DNA of 64,000 nt from the NCBI GenBank assembly GCA_038227875.1, contig JBBRPR010000008.1, positions 32,001-96,000 on the forward strand, in the 5' to 3' direction. The position numbers were made by a program, and so were the translations under genes. Source of the stretch: Planctomycetota bacterium (GTDB lineage: Bacteria > Planctomycetota > SZUA-567 > H5-PLA8). The notes below the pieces were generated by a model that ran no database searches, had not been told where the DNA came from, and saw nothing but the letters and a program-made list of their open reading frames with translations. Positions 38,521-47,872 of the stretch are shown here, one piece after another. Position 1 is the first letter of the stretch, and every line of letters starts with the position of its first letter.

Positions 38521-39495
38521 TCACAACAACCCGCACGCCCGCTTCGCCTCGTCCAGGGTCTGTCTTGCCAGCGCCCGCGCTTTGGTGGCGCCGTCGCGCA
38601 GGACTTGTTCGACGACTTCCGGCTTGGCGATCAGTTCCGCGCGCTTCTTGCGGTAGTCGGCGAAGTAAGAGAGCACTTTTTCCAGGAGCAGTTTCTTGGC
38701 GTCGCCATAACCCATGCCGCCGGCGCGGTAGCGGTCGGCGAGCGCTTTCTTCTCGTCGTCGCTCGCGAAGAGTGAGTACAGCGCGTAGACGTTGTCCGTG
38801 TCGGGATTCTTGGGCTGGTCGACGGGCGTGCTATCGGTCTTCACGGACATGACGACCTTCTTTAATTCTTTCTCTTCGGCCTGCAGGTCGATCGTGTTGC
38901 CGTACGACTTGCTCATTTTTTCGCCGTCAATGCCGGGAACCTTGGGCGTCGAACTGAGCTTGGTCTCGGGACGGACAAAAACTTTCGTCTTGTACGTCTC
39001 GTTAAAATACGTCGCCATGTCCTGCGTCATTTCGACGTGCTGAACCTGATCCTGCCCCACGGGCACGAGGTCCGACTTGTAGATCAGAATGTCCGCGGCC
39101 ATCAAGACGGGATAGTAGAACAAACCGACGCTGGGCTTGATGCCCTTCTGCAATTTGTCCTTATAGCTGTGGGCGCGTTCCAGCAATCCCATGCCGGTGA
39201 CCGTCGAGAGCAGCCACGCCAGTTCGGTTACTTCGGGCACGTCGCTCTGGCGGAAGAACGTCGACTTCTGCGGATCGAGTCCCAGCGCGAGATAATCGAG
39301 CGCGACGCCGTGGACGAATTCGCGGAGCTTTGCGGCGTCCTGGACGGTCGTTAGCGAATGGAAATCGGCGATGAAGTAGAAGCGCTCGGCATCGGGGATT
39401 TCCTGCAGAGCGATGTGCTGCTTCACGGCGCCGAAGTAGTTGCCGAGATGAAGTTTTCCGGACGGCTGGACGCCGGAAAGAATGCGTTTACCCAT
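38521..39495 (-). CDS. trpS: tryptophan--tRNA ligase
   Basis: SGVQPSGKLHLGNY, YPVLMAADIL, VPVGQDQ.QH, KMSKS. Confidence 0.98.
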   Translation of the reverse strand: MGKRILSGVQPSGKLHLGNYFGAVKQHIALQEIPDAERFYFIADFHSLTTVQDAAKLREFVHGVALDYLALGLDPQKSTFFRQSDVPEVTELAWLLSTVTGMGLLERAHSYKDKLQKGIKPSVGLFYYPVLMAADILIYKSDLVPVGQDQVQHVEMTQDMATYFNETYKTKVFVRPETKLSSTPKVPGIDGEKMSKSYGNTIDLQAEEKELKKVVMSVKTDSTPVDQPKNPDTDNVYALYSLFASDDEKKALADRYRAGGMGYGDAKKLLLEKVLSYFADYRKKRAELIAKPEVVEQVLRDGATKARALARQTLDEAKRACGLL

Positions 39496-39536
39496 GGAGC
39501 GTTGTGACCCTTCGAAAACAGGTGTATCGTTAACAA

Positions 39537-39562
39537 CAGCGCCCGGACCTATCCGGGCGCTG
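39537..39562 (-). terminator. hairpin terminator after the acetylesterase gene
   Basis: cagcgcccgga-ccta-tccgggcgctg. Confidence 0.6.
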
Positions 39563-39593
39563 CTGCAGTATACCTCATGAATGGTCCTTCGCG

Positions 39594-40967
39594 CTACTGA
39601 TCGTCTTTGGTGTTGTCGCGCGTGGGGAAGCTGACGAATTCGTCGCTGCGGAAAGGGGAGGCGGGGAGACCTTCCTTATTGGTGAGATTGCAGACCGGGT
39701 TGTTCTCGAACGCGTAACGCACGGCGACCGGCGAGGCCACCGAAGCGCTGGTAACGATGACCTTGTCGCCTTCGATTTTTGCCTCAGCGCGGACGAACTT
39801 CTTGTCAGCGCCGCAAATCACGAAACCCATGACTTTCTCGCCGCCTTTGGCGACGAGACCACCGCCGACGTGCTTAAAGGCAACGACGGCTTTGTTTCCT
39901 TCGAATTTGACCGTGTCGAAAATCGGGCCGGAATATTCGATCTTCTCACCGTAGGCCAGACCGCGAGCGGCGATCGCGAGGCGCTCCCCGACGGGCTTCT
40001 TGTTGGGGTAGTGAACGTCGGCGACGATGCCCAGGTCGATGGTGACGACCAGGCCCGTGTTGGGAATCGCCGTAAGCGCTTTGAACTGTGCTTCGCGGAG
40101 CGTGCAATCTTTACCCACGCTGGGTTCTGGCGTCTGTGCGTGCCAATTGGCGAGCTGGACGACGATGAACGGGAAATCGCCCTGTCCCCAGCGGCCTCGC
40201 CAATCGGCGACCAGCGCCGAGAGGAGCTTGCGATACGTGATCGGGAAATCGCGGTTGCCTTCGCCCTGGTACCAGAGCGCGCCCTTGATGCCGTAACCAA
40301 TCAAGCCAGCGATCTTTTCGTCGTAGACATCGTGGCGTGGTACGTCGTGAAGCTTGATCGCTTCGGCGATGTCCGGCTTCGCCAGCTCTTCGGGACTCAT
40401 GAATTGTTCGATGCACGCGCCGCTGAGGGAATTTTCGATGATGCCGACCGGCACTTTCAAATGTTCCTGCAAATCCGCGGCGAAGTAGTACGCAGCCGCC
40501 GAGAAGTTGCCGCCAACATTTGGAGCAACGATGCGCCAGCTTCCTGTGTCCTGCAGATAGCGAATCTTTGGGTTGTTCATTTTGGCGACTTCAGCTGCGC
40601 CGTCGGTGGCGCGGCTGAGCGGGAAGCGCATGTTCGACTGGCCCGATGCGACCCAGACTTCGCCGACAAGCACGTCCTTGATCGTGATCGTATTCTTGCC
40701 CGTGATTTTCAATTCGAACGGGCCGCCGGCTTTCATCGCGTCGAGTTTCGCGAGCCACTTGCCGTCCTTGGCGGCGGTCGCGGTCTTCTTCTGGCCGTTG
40801 ATTTCAACCGTGACCTGTTCGCCCGCCGCTGCCGTCCCGAAAACAGGCGCGGCCATATCGGCCTGCAGAACCATGTGATCGGAGAACATGAACGGTACTT
40901 TCACATCGGCATGAACACACGTGGTGAAAATGAGCAGGGCACAGCACGCGAGAAGCTTGACGGTCAT
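39594..40967 (-). CDS. sialate O-acetylesterase (SASA/DUF303) family protein
   Basis: FSDHMVLQ, GEVWVASGQSNM, WYQGEGN, DVHYPNK, LPASPFR. Confidence 0.93.
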   Translation of the reverse strand: MTVKLLACCALLIFTTCVHADVKVPFMFSDHMVLQADMAAPVFGTAAAGEQVTVEINGQKKTATAAKDGKWLAKLDAMKAGGPFELKITGKNTITIKDVLVGEVWVASGQSNMRFPLSRATDGAAEVAKMNNPKIRYLQDTGSWRIVAPNVGGNFSAAAYYFAADLQEHLKVPVGIIENSLSGACIEQFMSPEELAKPDIAEAIKLHDVPRHDVYDEKIAGLIGYGIKGALWYQGEGNRDFPITYRKLLSALVADWRGRWGQGDFPFIVVQLANWHAQTPEPSVGKDCTLREAQFKALTAIPNTGLVVTIDLGIVADVHYPNKKPVGERLAIAARGLAYGEKIEYSGPIFDTVKFEGNKAVVAFKHVGGGLVAKGGEKVMGFVICGADKKFVRAEAKIEGDKVIVTSASVASPVAVRYAFENNPVCNLTNKEGLPASPFRSDEFVSFPTRDNTKDDQ

Positions 40968-41073
40968 TGATGATCTCCAGGATTTTCGAACGCCGTACTG
41001 CTTACCCCGTGGCGCGGCGTTTGTTCAGGATTTTATGACGGACATCTACCAGTGGTAAATTTTGAACGTGAAG

Positions 41074-42123
41074 TTAATTGCCGTTCTTGGGCGGCGCGGG
41101 TTTCATGGCCGGCGCGAGCGCGGCGCGGACATTTACCGTGGGCAGTGTAGTATTTTTTACGCCACGAACTTGGATCCGCGGCGGCGCGACCCATTGCAGT
41201 TTCACCGGGTGCGGACCAACCGTGACGTTCGGATCCTTCGGCCGGTCCAGCGTGCTCGGCCATTCCACATACAGCAAAATCTTGGACTGAATATCGGGCA
41301 CCGACAGTTCCTGATCGTCGCCGACGAGCTCGACTTCAACGGTCTTCGGATCGGCTTGCAGCGCAATCCCGTCGGGCGCGAATGTACGGATGTCGACGGA
41401 GAGCACGCGCGTCGCTTCCGGCGGTCGGATGGGAATGGTGACGCGCACGCGCTGGTTGCAACGGAATGGAATCACCCGCCCAAAGATTTCCACCGACTGG
41501 ACGACGCCGACTTCGCGGACGAGATCCTGATCGAGATCGGTGACGTCGAGTTCTTCGGTGTAGACGTTCTGAATGTGATCGACCTCATCGCTGGACGCTT
41601 CGATGTTCACCTTCTCCGGTTCGCAGCGCCATTTGCCGATCAGAAAACCCGCGCGTGGTTCGCCGCGGTGTTTGACCAGCACGCTCTTGGATTTCGAGAC
41701 GATTTCCACCAACTCGACGGCAGCATCGGGACTGTCCTTGGGCGAAATGCTGATGATGTCGAAATTCGCTTCGGCATCGGCGTCCGTCGGCGTGAAGTTG
41801 ATCACGTTGCGGCCGGGCTGCGGATTTTCGAGCTGCTTTTTCTTGAACGAGATGTTCTCTGGACTGACCAGCGGCAGCCGGCTGCGCGGTCCGCGCACGA
41901 TCACGCGGAGTTTGGGCAGCGGCGAATCTGGAGCCAGTTCCAGATTGGAGGGCAGCACCAGGTCCGTGGGACGCAGCGAGACGACCAGGTCGATCTGCCC
42001 ACTGAGTTCGCCGTCGATGTAGAACCACATCAGAATGGCAAACGCCAGGCAGATGAATTTCAGCACCCAATCTTCAAAAAGCGCCGCGCGCAGAAAGCGG
42101 GTGAGCAACGGAAATCGGACCAT
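41074..42123 (-). CDS. YbbR-like / CdaR regulatory protein
   Basis: WVLKFICLAFAILMWFYI N-terminal TM, repeated beta-rich domains, position directly after cdaA. Confidence 0.75.
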   Translation of the reverse strand: MVRFPLLTRFLRAALFEDWVLKFICLAFAILMWFYIDGELSGQIDLVVSLRPTDLVLPSNLELAPDSPLPKLRVIVRGPRSRLPLVSPENISFKKKQLENPQPGRNVINFTPTDADAEANFDIISISPKDSPDAAVELVEIVSKSKSVLVKHRGEPRAGFLIGKWRCEPEKVNIEASSDEVDHIQNVYTEELDVTDLDQDLVREVGVVQSVEIFGRVIPFRCNQRVRVTIPIRPPEATRVLSVDIRTFAPDGIALQADPKTVEVELVGDDQELSVPDIQSKILLYVEWPSTLDRPKDPNVTVGPHPVKLQWVAPPRIQVRGVKNTTLPTVNVRAALAPAMKPAPPKNGN

Positions 42124-42226
42124 GATTCTTTCGAAGTTAAACGCCGCACGGGTCGAGAGATTTTACAATTCAGAGCGGCGCTGTTTACTCGACATTCGAC
42201 ATTCGCCACTCGACATTCCTTCATTC

Positions 42227-43060
42227 CTAGGTTCCCGCCAGCTCGCCCCCCTGGTTCTGGCCTTCGACGGAGACGAGACACAGTTCGGTTAAGCGCTGCT
42301 GGAGCTCCTCAGGTGTAAGGCCGTGAATCAGCTTGCCTTCCACGCCCAGGGAAATGCGGCCGGTTTCCTCGCTGACCACAACGGTGACGGTGTCGCTTTC
42401 TTCCGTCAACCCCAGCGCGGCGCGGTGGCGCGTCCCGAGGGCCTTGGAGAGCTCCGGGTTTTCCGAGAGTGGAAACAGGCAGCCGGCCGCCGCGACGCGG
42501 TTTCCGACGATGATCACGCCGGCGTCGTGCAGGATCGTGCCGTCGCCGGACTTCCCTTTAAAGAAGATTGTTTCGAGCAGCTCGCGCGTGACTTCCGCGT
42601 TCAGCACCGTGCCGCGTTCGATGTAATCGTTCAGCGGCACCTGGCGCTGGATGGCGATCAACGCGCCGATCGATCGATTGCTCATGTTGGAACACGCTTC
42701 GACAATTTCTGCGATCGATGGCGAGTCGGCCCGGACGAATCGCCCCATTAAAGGGTGGATCCCCAGGCGGAGCAGTCCGCGCCGCAATTCCGGCTGGAAG
42801 ATGATCATCGCTGCGACGATGGAGAGGGCCGCAAGTTTTTCGAAGACCCAGACGATGTGCTCCATCTGGAACAAGTAGCGCGCCGCGACGAAAACGACGC
42901 CGATGGAGACGAAGATCACAACCAGCATGCCGCGCAGCACGCCCGCGCCGCGCGAGCCTTGGAGGAACCGCAAAACGACGTAAAACACCGCCGCGAGAAT
43001 CAGGATCTCGACGATCGCGTTGGCGCCGACGCCTTGCAGCCGCTTGATTAAGTTTGCCAT
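42227..43060 (-). CDS. cdaA: diadenylate cyclase, CdaA type
   Basis: 3 TM helices, IFQPELRR, GALI, LHDAG, LGTRHRAALG, VSEETG. Confidence 0.92.
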   Translation of the reverse strand: MANLIKRLQGVGANAIVEILILAAVFYVVLRFLQGSRGAGVLRGMLVVIFVSIGVVFVAARYLFQMEHIVWVFEKLAALSIVAAMIIFQPELRRGLLRLGIHPLMGRFVRADSPSIAEIVEACSNMSNRSIGALIAIQRQVPLNDYIERGTVLNAEVTRELLETIFFKGKSGDGTILHDAGVIIVGNRVAAAGCLFPLSENPELSKALGTRHRAALGLTEESDTVTVVVSEETGRISLGVEGKLIHGLTPEELQQRLTELCLVSVEGQNQGGELAGT

Positions 43061-43121
43061 TTACACCTCTGTGAATTCATTAAACCGATGATGGGCGCAA
43101 ATGGAAAGGGGAAAACCTTGA

Positions 43122-43973
43122 TCACGACGACCGCGACGGCTTCCGGGGAACGTCGCCGCGGTCCTGCAGGCGGTTCATCAAGACGACGCACGCGACAGTT
43201 TCTTTGACATCGTGAACGCGCAGGATGTCGGCGCCGTTGTTCACCGCGTAAAGTCCGGCGACGATCGATGCCGTGACACGGCCTTCCGGCTTGGCTTCGT
43301 TGGTCAGCGTGCCGAGAAACTGTTTACGCGAGAGTCCCAGTAGCACCGGCAGACCGAATACTCTCAGTTCGCCCACGTGGCGGATGATCTCGAAATTGTG
43401 ATCCGCGGTTTTGCCGAATCCCACGCCGGGATCGATGATCAGCCGCTTGGCGTCGATCCCGGCGTCGAGGCACGCCGCGATGCGCTCATTGAAAAATCGA
43501 TTCAGCGTGGCCATCACGTTCGTGTAGTGGGCGCGCTTCTGCATTGTCTTCGGCGTGCCGGGCATGTGCATGAGCACAATGTCGCACGTGGATTTCCTGA
43601 GCACCGCCATCATTCGCTTGTCGCCGCGCACCGCCGTGATGTCGTTGATCGTTGTCGCACCTTCGGACAGACACGCTTCAGCCACGTCGGCCGACCACGT
43701 GTCGATGCTCACCGGCGCATTGCTCTTCTTCCGGAACAACTTGAGCACCGGCAGCAAGCGGCGCAGCTGCTCCTTCGGCGGCACGGGTTCGCTGCCGGGG
43801 CGCGAGGATTCCGCTCCCATGTCGATAATGTGCGCGCCGTGCATCAGCATCGCGCGAGCGTGCTCGACTGCTGCGTCAGTATCCAGATAACGGCCGCCGT
43901 CTGAAAAACTATCGGGCGTCACATTCAGGATGCCCATGATCAACGGGTAGTTGATGCGCAGTGCCCAGGGCAT
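43122..43973 (-). CDS. folP: dihydropteroate synthase
   Basis: MGILNVTPDSFSDGG, DPGVGFGK, SRK, RVHDV. Confidence 0.97.
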   Translation of the reverse strand: MPWALRINYPLIMGILNVTPDSFSDGGRYLDTDAAVEHARAMLMHGAHIIDMGAESSRPGSEPVPPKEQLRRLLPVLKLFRKKSNAPVSIDTWSADVAEACLSEGATTINDITAVRGDKRMMAVLRKSTCDIVLMHMPGTPKTMQKRAHYTNVMATLNRFFNERIAACLDAGIDAKRLIIDPGVGFGKTADHNFEIIRHVGELRVFGLPVLLGLSRKQFLGTLTNEAKPEGRVTASIVAGLYAVNNGADILRVHDVKETVACVVLMNRLQDRGDVPRKPSRSS

Positions 43974-44758
43974 CAGTTCTTCGCTCCATGCTGGTTCATA
44001 AACGCGAGTGCCGCAGTGAGGTCCTCCGGCAGCGGCGCTTCGAAACTCAGTGCGGCTTCGGTTTCCGTCGCGGGAAGCTGCAGCGTCGCCGCGTGCAGCG
44101 GCATGCGCGCGAGCAGCACCCGGGGCGTGCCGTTGCGAATTACGTCAGATTCTTTCAGCTCCGCACGGTTTCCGTAAAGTGGATCCACCGCGAGCGGACA
44201 TTGAATGTAGTGAAGATGCACGCGGATCTGGTGCATGCGTCCCTGCTCCGGCCGGACTTCCAGCCACGACCACTCGCGCTTGGCGATCGTGAATTTCGCG
44301 AGCACATCGTAATGCGTCAGCGATTCCCGACCGGCAATGTGGACCCCGCTGGTCTTGGGTTCCGGCGGCGGCGGCACGGGCAGATTCGGATGCGTTTTTT
44401 TGAAGTAAGCGAGCGCGCGTTTCAAGCGTTCGGGCTTGCCGGTCTGATTTTCGAGAATCGGCGCATCGATTTTGCCGCCTTCGCCCACTTCCTGATGCGG
44501 CGCGCCTTCGCACAGCGCCCGATACGTTTTCACCGCGCTGGGCCAGCGCGCCGTGAGCTTCGCCGCCGTCTCCGTATTGCGCGCAAAGACAAGCACACCC
44601 GAGGCATCCTTATCCAACCGATGCACCGGCGTCAGATCCGCAAACCCGCACTCCCGCAACGTCCGCAACAACGACCCACCTGGCCCCGGCGCATCATGAA
44701 CCGCGACGCCGGGAGGCTTGTTGATGACTAAGAGGTCAGTCGACTCAAAGAGGATCAT
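43973..44758 (-). CDS. RluA family pseudouridine synthase
   Basis: NKPPG, VHRLDKDASG, GRMHQIRVHL, DPLYG, LHA. Confidence 0.93.
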   Translation of the reverse strand: MILFESTDLLVINKPPGVAVHDAPGPGGSLLRTLRECGFADLTPVHRLDKDASGVLVFARNTETAAKLTARWPSAVKTYRALCEGAPHQEVGEGGKIDAPILENQTGKPERLKRALAYFKKTHPNLPVPPPPEPKTSGVHIAGRESLTHYDVLAKFTIAKREWSWLEVRPEQGRMHQIRVHLHYIQCPLAVDPLYGNRAELKESDVIRNGTPRVLLARMPLHAATLQLPATETEAALSFEAPLPEDLTAALAFMNQHGAKN

Positions 44759-44771
44759 CAGCGGCGCGGCC

Positions 44772-44995
44772 TGAAGGCCGAGGGGTCAGGGGTCAGGGGC
44801 CAGGGGTCAGAGTAGAGTCCGATGTGAGGCTGAAGTTTGCTCACGACATTTTGGCGCGCGGACGGCGCTTTCGCGTTTCGACATTCGACGTTCGACATTC
44901 AAAAATTCCCGCTCGCATAGCGCACCCGCTTCCCGCGTGCTCGTTCCCAACTCTGGCCCCTGACCCCTGTCCCCTGACCCCTCGGCCGCAAGGCC
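44772..44995. repeat. inverted pair of GGGGTCA heptamer tracts enclosing CGACATT heptamers
   Basis: aggggtcaggggtcaggggccaggggtcag near 44781 vs ctggcccctgacccctgtcccctgacccct near 44953. Confidence 0.7.
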
Positions 44996-44996
44996 G

Positions 44997-46223
44997 CTAA
45001 GGCAGCGGCATGACGCGGCTGTACACGGCCTTCAAATACCGGCCTTCCGGCACGCGCACGACCCACGGATGATCTGCGGGTGCGCCAAATATGCCGAGGA
45101 TCTGCAGTTCCATGTTCGCTTCCGCCGCAGCGGCGCGCAGAGCCATCACGAAATCGTCTTCGCTGACCAGACCCGTGCACGAGCAACTCAGCAGCACGCC
45201 GCCGGGTTCGATGCACTGCATCCCCAAGCGGTTCATGTCGGCGTAGGCGCTCAGCGCTCGGTTCACTTCGAGCTTATTGATGGCCAGCTTGGCCGGGTCG
45301 AGAATCATGCGGCTGAACTTCGCGCCGGCTGCGCGGCGGTCGCGCAGGACGTCAAAGACGTTGCCGTGCGTGAATTTCAGGTTGTCGCCGATGTTGTTGA
45401 GCGTCTTGTTTTTCTCGGCGACGGCGATGGCGTCCTCGTCGAGATCGCAGGATTCCACCGACGTGGCGCCATTCATCGCCGCGGAAAGTCCGAATCCGCC
45501 GGTGTAGCAGAAGCCGTCGAACACGGTCTGGCCCGCGCAGTATTCGGCCATTCGCCGCCGGTTTTCGCGCTGGTCGAGGAAGTAGCCGGTCTTGTGTCCG
45601 CGGCGCAGGTCGACGTTGAGCTTCAGATTATGCTCGGTGATCACGACCTCGCGGGTCTTCGGCGCGGGGCCGTCCATTTTCAGGCCTTCGAGCTTCTCGG
45701 TGCGGAAATCGGAGCGGACGACGATTTCGCATTCCGGAAAATGTTCGGCGAAGCCCTGGCGGATCCAGTCGAGATGGCGGTGCATGCCCGCGCTGAAGAG
45801 TTGCACGACAATCGCGTTGGCGTAGCGGTCAGCGACCAGCCCCGAGAGTCCGTCGCCTTCTGAATGAACCAGGCGGTAGGCGTCGCAGGTCTTGTTGAGG
45901 TGGAGGACGTCGTGGCGGAGCTTCACCGCGCGCGTGATCGCGCCCATGAACCAGCGGCGATCGGGGTACGACTGGCGGCTGGTGGTGAGCAGACGGATCG
46001 CAATTTCGCTGTGCGGATTGTAGATGCCGCGGCCGACGAACTGGCCGGACTTGTCGTGGACTTCGACCAGTGTGCCGGGATCGATGTCGAGATTGTCCTC
46101 GCCGGCCATGCGCCGGAAGATCCACGGATGGCCGGAATTGTGATGCGTCTTCATGTCGACGATCGGGAGCACATCGCCGGCTTCGGGAAGAATGGGAGTA
46201 TCGTCGTGTTTGCGTTTTCTCAT
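44997..46223 (-). CDS. RlmI-like class I SAM-dependent rRNA methyltransferase
   Basis: PUA-like HPWIF, YRLVHSEGDGLSGL, GHKTGYFLDQRENR, FCYTGGF, ILDP, CSC, YLK. Confidence 0.92.
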   Translation of the reverse strand: MRKRKHDDTPILPEAGDVLPIVDMKTHHNSGHPWIFRRMAGEDNLDIDPGTLVEVHDKSGQFVGRGIYNPHSEIAIRLLTTSRQSYPDRRWFMGAITRAVKLRHDVLHLNKTCDAYRLVHSEGDGLSGLVADRYANAIVVQLFSAGMHRHLDWIRQGFAEHFPECEIVVRSDFRTEKLEGLKMDGPAPKTREVVITEHNLKLNVDLRRGHKTGYFLDQRENRRRMAEYCAGQTVFDGFCYTGGFGLSAAMNGATSVESCDLDEDAIAVAEKNKTLNNIGDNLKFTHGNVFDVLRDRRAAGAKFSRMILDPAKLAINKLEVNRALSAYADMNRLGMQCIEPGGVLLSCSCTGLVSEDDFVMALRAAAAEANMELQILGIFGAPADHPWVVRVPEGRYLKAVYSRVMPLP

Positions 46224-46329
46224 GGGCTGCTAAGGATCGCTTGAAAAAGTTCTAAACGCCGAAAGACATTCGGAATTGGAATGCGGGAGAGTCTAAGGGA
46301 AGCGCGGGCATTGTGCCAATGGAACGGCT

Positions 46330-47061
46330 CTACGGCTGGCTGGAGGGAATCTCGGCGGCGGGAGGTTCCGCCGCGAGACGGTCCTCGGCTGCCTGGGCCA
46401 GTTCGGCTGCGCGGCCGTAGCATAGCCGGGTTGCAACCAGAGTGGAGATGACCAGAAAGATCGAGATATAGAATTGAGGTGGAATATTGACAAATCGTGC
46501 CACCAGGAAAAATACGACATACAGAGGGATTGAAGCTGTCGCCAGCGCCGCATACGGAGTTAATGCCAACGCCGCCGATCGCGCGGCTCCGCGGGGAACG
46601 TTGTGGAAATCCAATCGGTATAGGGCGCAGATAAAACACGCGGGAAATAGCGCCAGCGACACAACGAGGATGATGATCGACATATCCTTGTCGTCCTCCC
46701 ACGTCAGCGCCTGGAAAATCAGTGGCGCGACGCCGGTGCTGAAGACCATTAGAATCAATTCTGAAAGAGTGAAGCGTGGAATGATGCGGCTGTAATCCGC
46801 ATGCTGCGCGCCGGAATTGCGTGTTTGCAGGCGGAGATGCCGCACGAATCCAACGAGATATACGACACCGAGCACGACGGCGCCGTAGATCGACATCGCG
46901 AGGGCGAAGAAGATGACATACGCAAGTGATCGTTCGCGTTTGAACTCCACGCTCGCCGACCTGGGAATGGCCAAGGGATTGAGAATGAAACGGAAGAATA
47001 ACCCACTGACCAGTGCAACAACGCCGGCAAAGACCACATAAGCGAGGAGACCGAAGATCAT
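46330..47061 (-). CDS. integral membrane hypothetical protein (tandem paralog)
   Basis: Multi-TM; shares 'IPRFT..' and 'FPACF...LYR' with 47064-47762. Confidence 0.75.
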   Translation of the reverse strand: MIFGLLAYVVFAGVVALVSGLFFRFILNPLAIPRSASVEFKRERSLAYVIFFALAMSIYGAVVLGVVYLVGFVRHLRLQTRNSGAQHADYSRIIPRFTLSELILMVFSTGVAPLIFQALTWEDDKDMSIIILVVSLALFPACFICALYRLDFHNVPRGAARSAALALTPYAALATASIPLYVVFFLVARFVNIPPQFYISIFLVISTLVATRLCYGRAAELAQAAEDRLAAEPPAAEIPSSQP

Positions 47062-47063
47062 CG

Positions 47064-47762
47064 TTAGATCACTTCCGGCGGGGCGTTCGCGGCCGCCTGT
47101 TCCATCGCTTTCGCGGCCAGGAAACGTCCAATCACCAGGATCAGCACGCAGACGATCGCCACCACGACCGCCATGGCCTTGGCGTCGTTCTTGTCCAGAA
47201 TCAGCGCGAAGAAAACGTAGGGAATCACGGCCGCCGAGGCGATGGCGACAAACGGCGAGAACGCCAGCAGCGCCATGCGCACTTTGCCGCCGGGAACATC
47301 GTGAATCTGCATGCGGTAAAGCACCGCCAGGAAACACGCGGGAAAGGTCAGAATCGCGCAGAGGAAGACAAACACCGTCTCCTCGCGGTCGAAGACTTTC
47401 ATCGACTGAAACAGTACCGGAGTGCAGCTGATGCTGAAGACCATCGCCAGCATGTCGGCCATGGTGAAGCGCGGAATCAGCGGCATTTTATCGCCGGTGG
47501 TGGGGCCGTGTGCCTGGGATTGCCGGCGCAGATGCCGGATCAGTCCGATCGCGTAGTAAAGGATTAGCAGAGGGACGCCGAGGATGAAAATCGTCATGTA
47601 CGCGATGATCATCAACCGCCGTTCGCGCGCGGCGAGTTTGGGGTAGACGTCGGGAATCTCCAGCGGCTTGAGCACGACCCGAAAAACCCACGCAAAGACC
47701 CACGAGGGCAGGTAGAGAAACAACCCCATGAGCGCCAGCCAGAAACCGATGCCGATAAACAT
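47064..47762 (-). CDS. integral membrane hypothetical protein (tandem paralog)
   Basis: Multi-TM; GLIRHLR..IPRFTMADML, FPACFLAVLYR. Confidence 0.75.
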   Translation of the reverse strand: MFIGIGFWLALMGLFLYLPSWVFAWVFRVVLKPLEIPDVYPKLAARERRLMIIAYMTIFILGVPLLILYYAIGLIRHLRRQSQAHGPTTGDKMPLIPRFTMADMLAMVFSISCTPVLFQSMKVFDREETVFVFLCAILTFPACFLAVLYRMQIHDVPGGKVRMALLAFSPFVAIASAAVIPYVFFALILDKNDAKAMAVVVAIVCVLILVIGRFLAAKAMEQAAANAPPEVI

Positions 47763-47872
47763 GCCCGGCAGGATAACGCGTTTGGCGCGGCAGTAAAAGG
47801 GGAGAGGTGCTCCGGCACTTCACGCGCGCCTATGTTTGTGTAAACTGGATCTTCAACCAGGAGTTGGTACGG

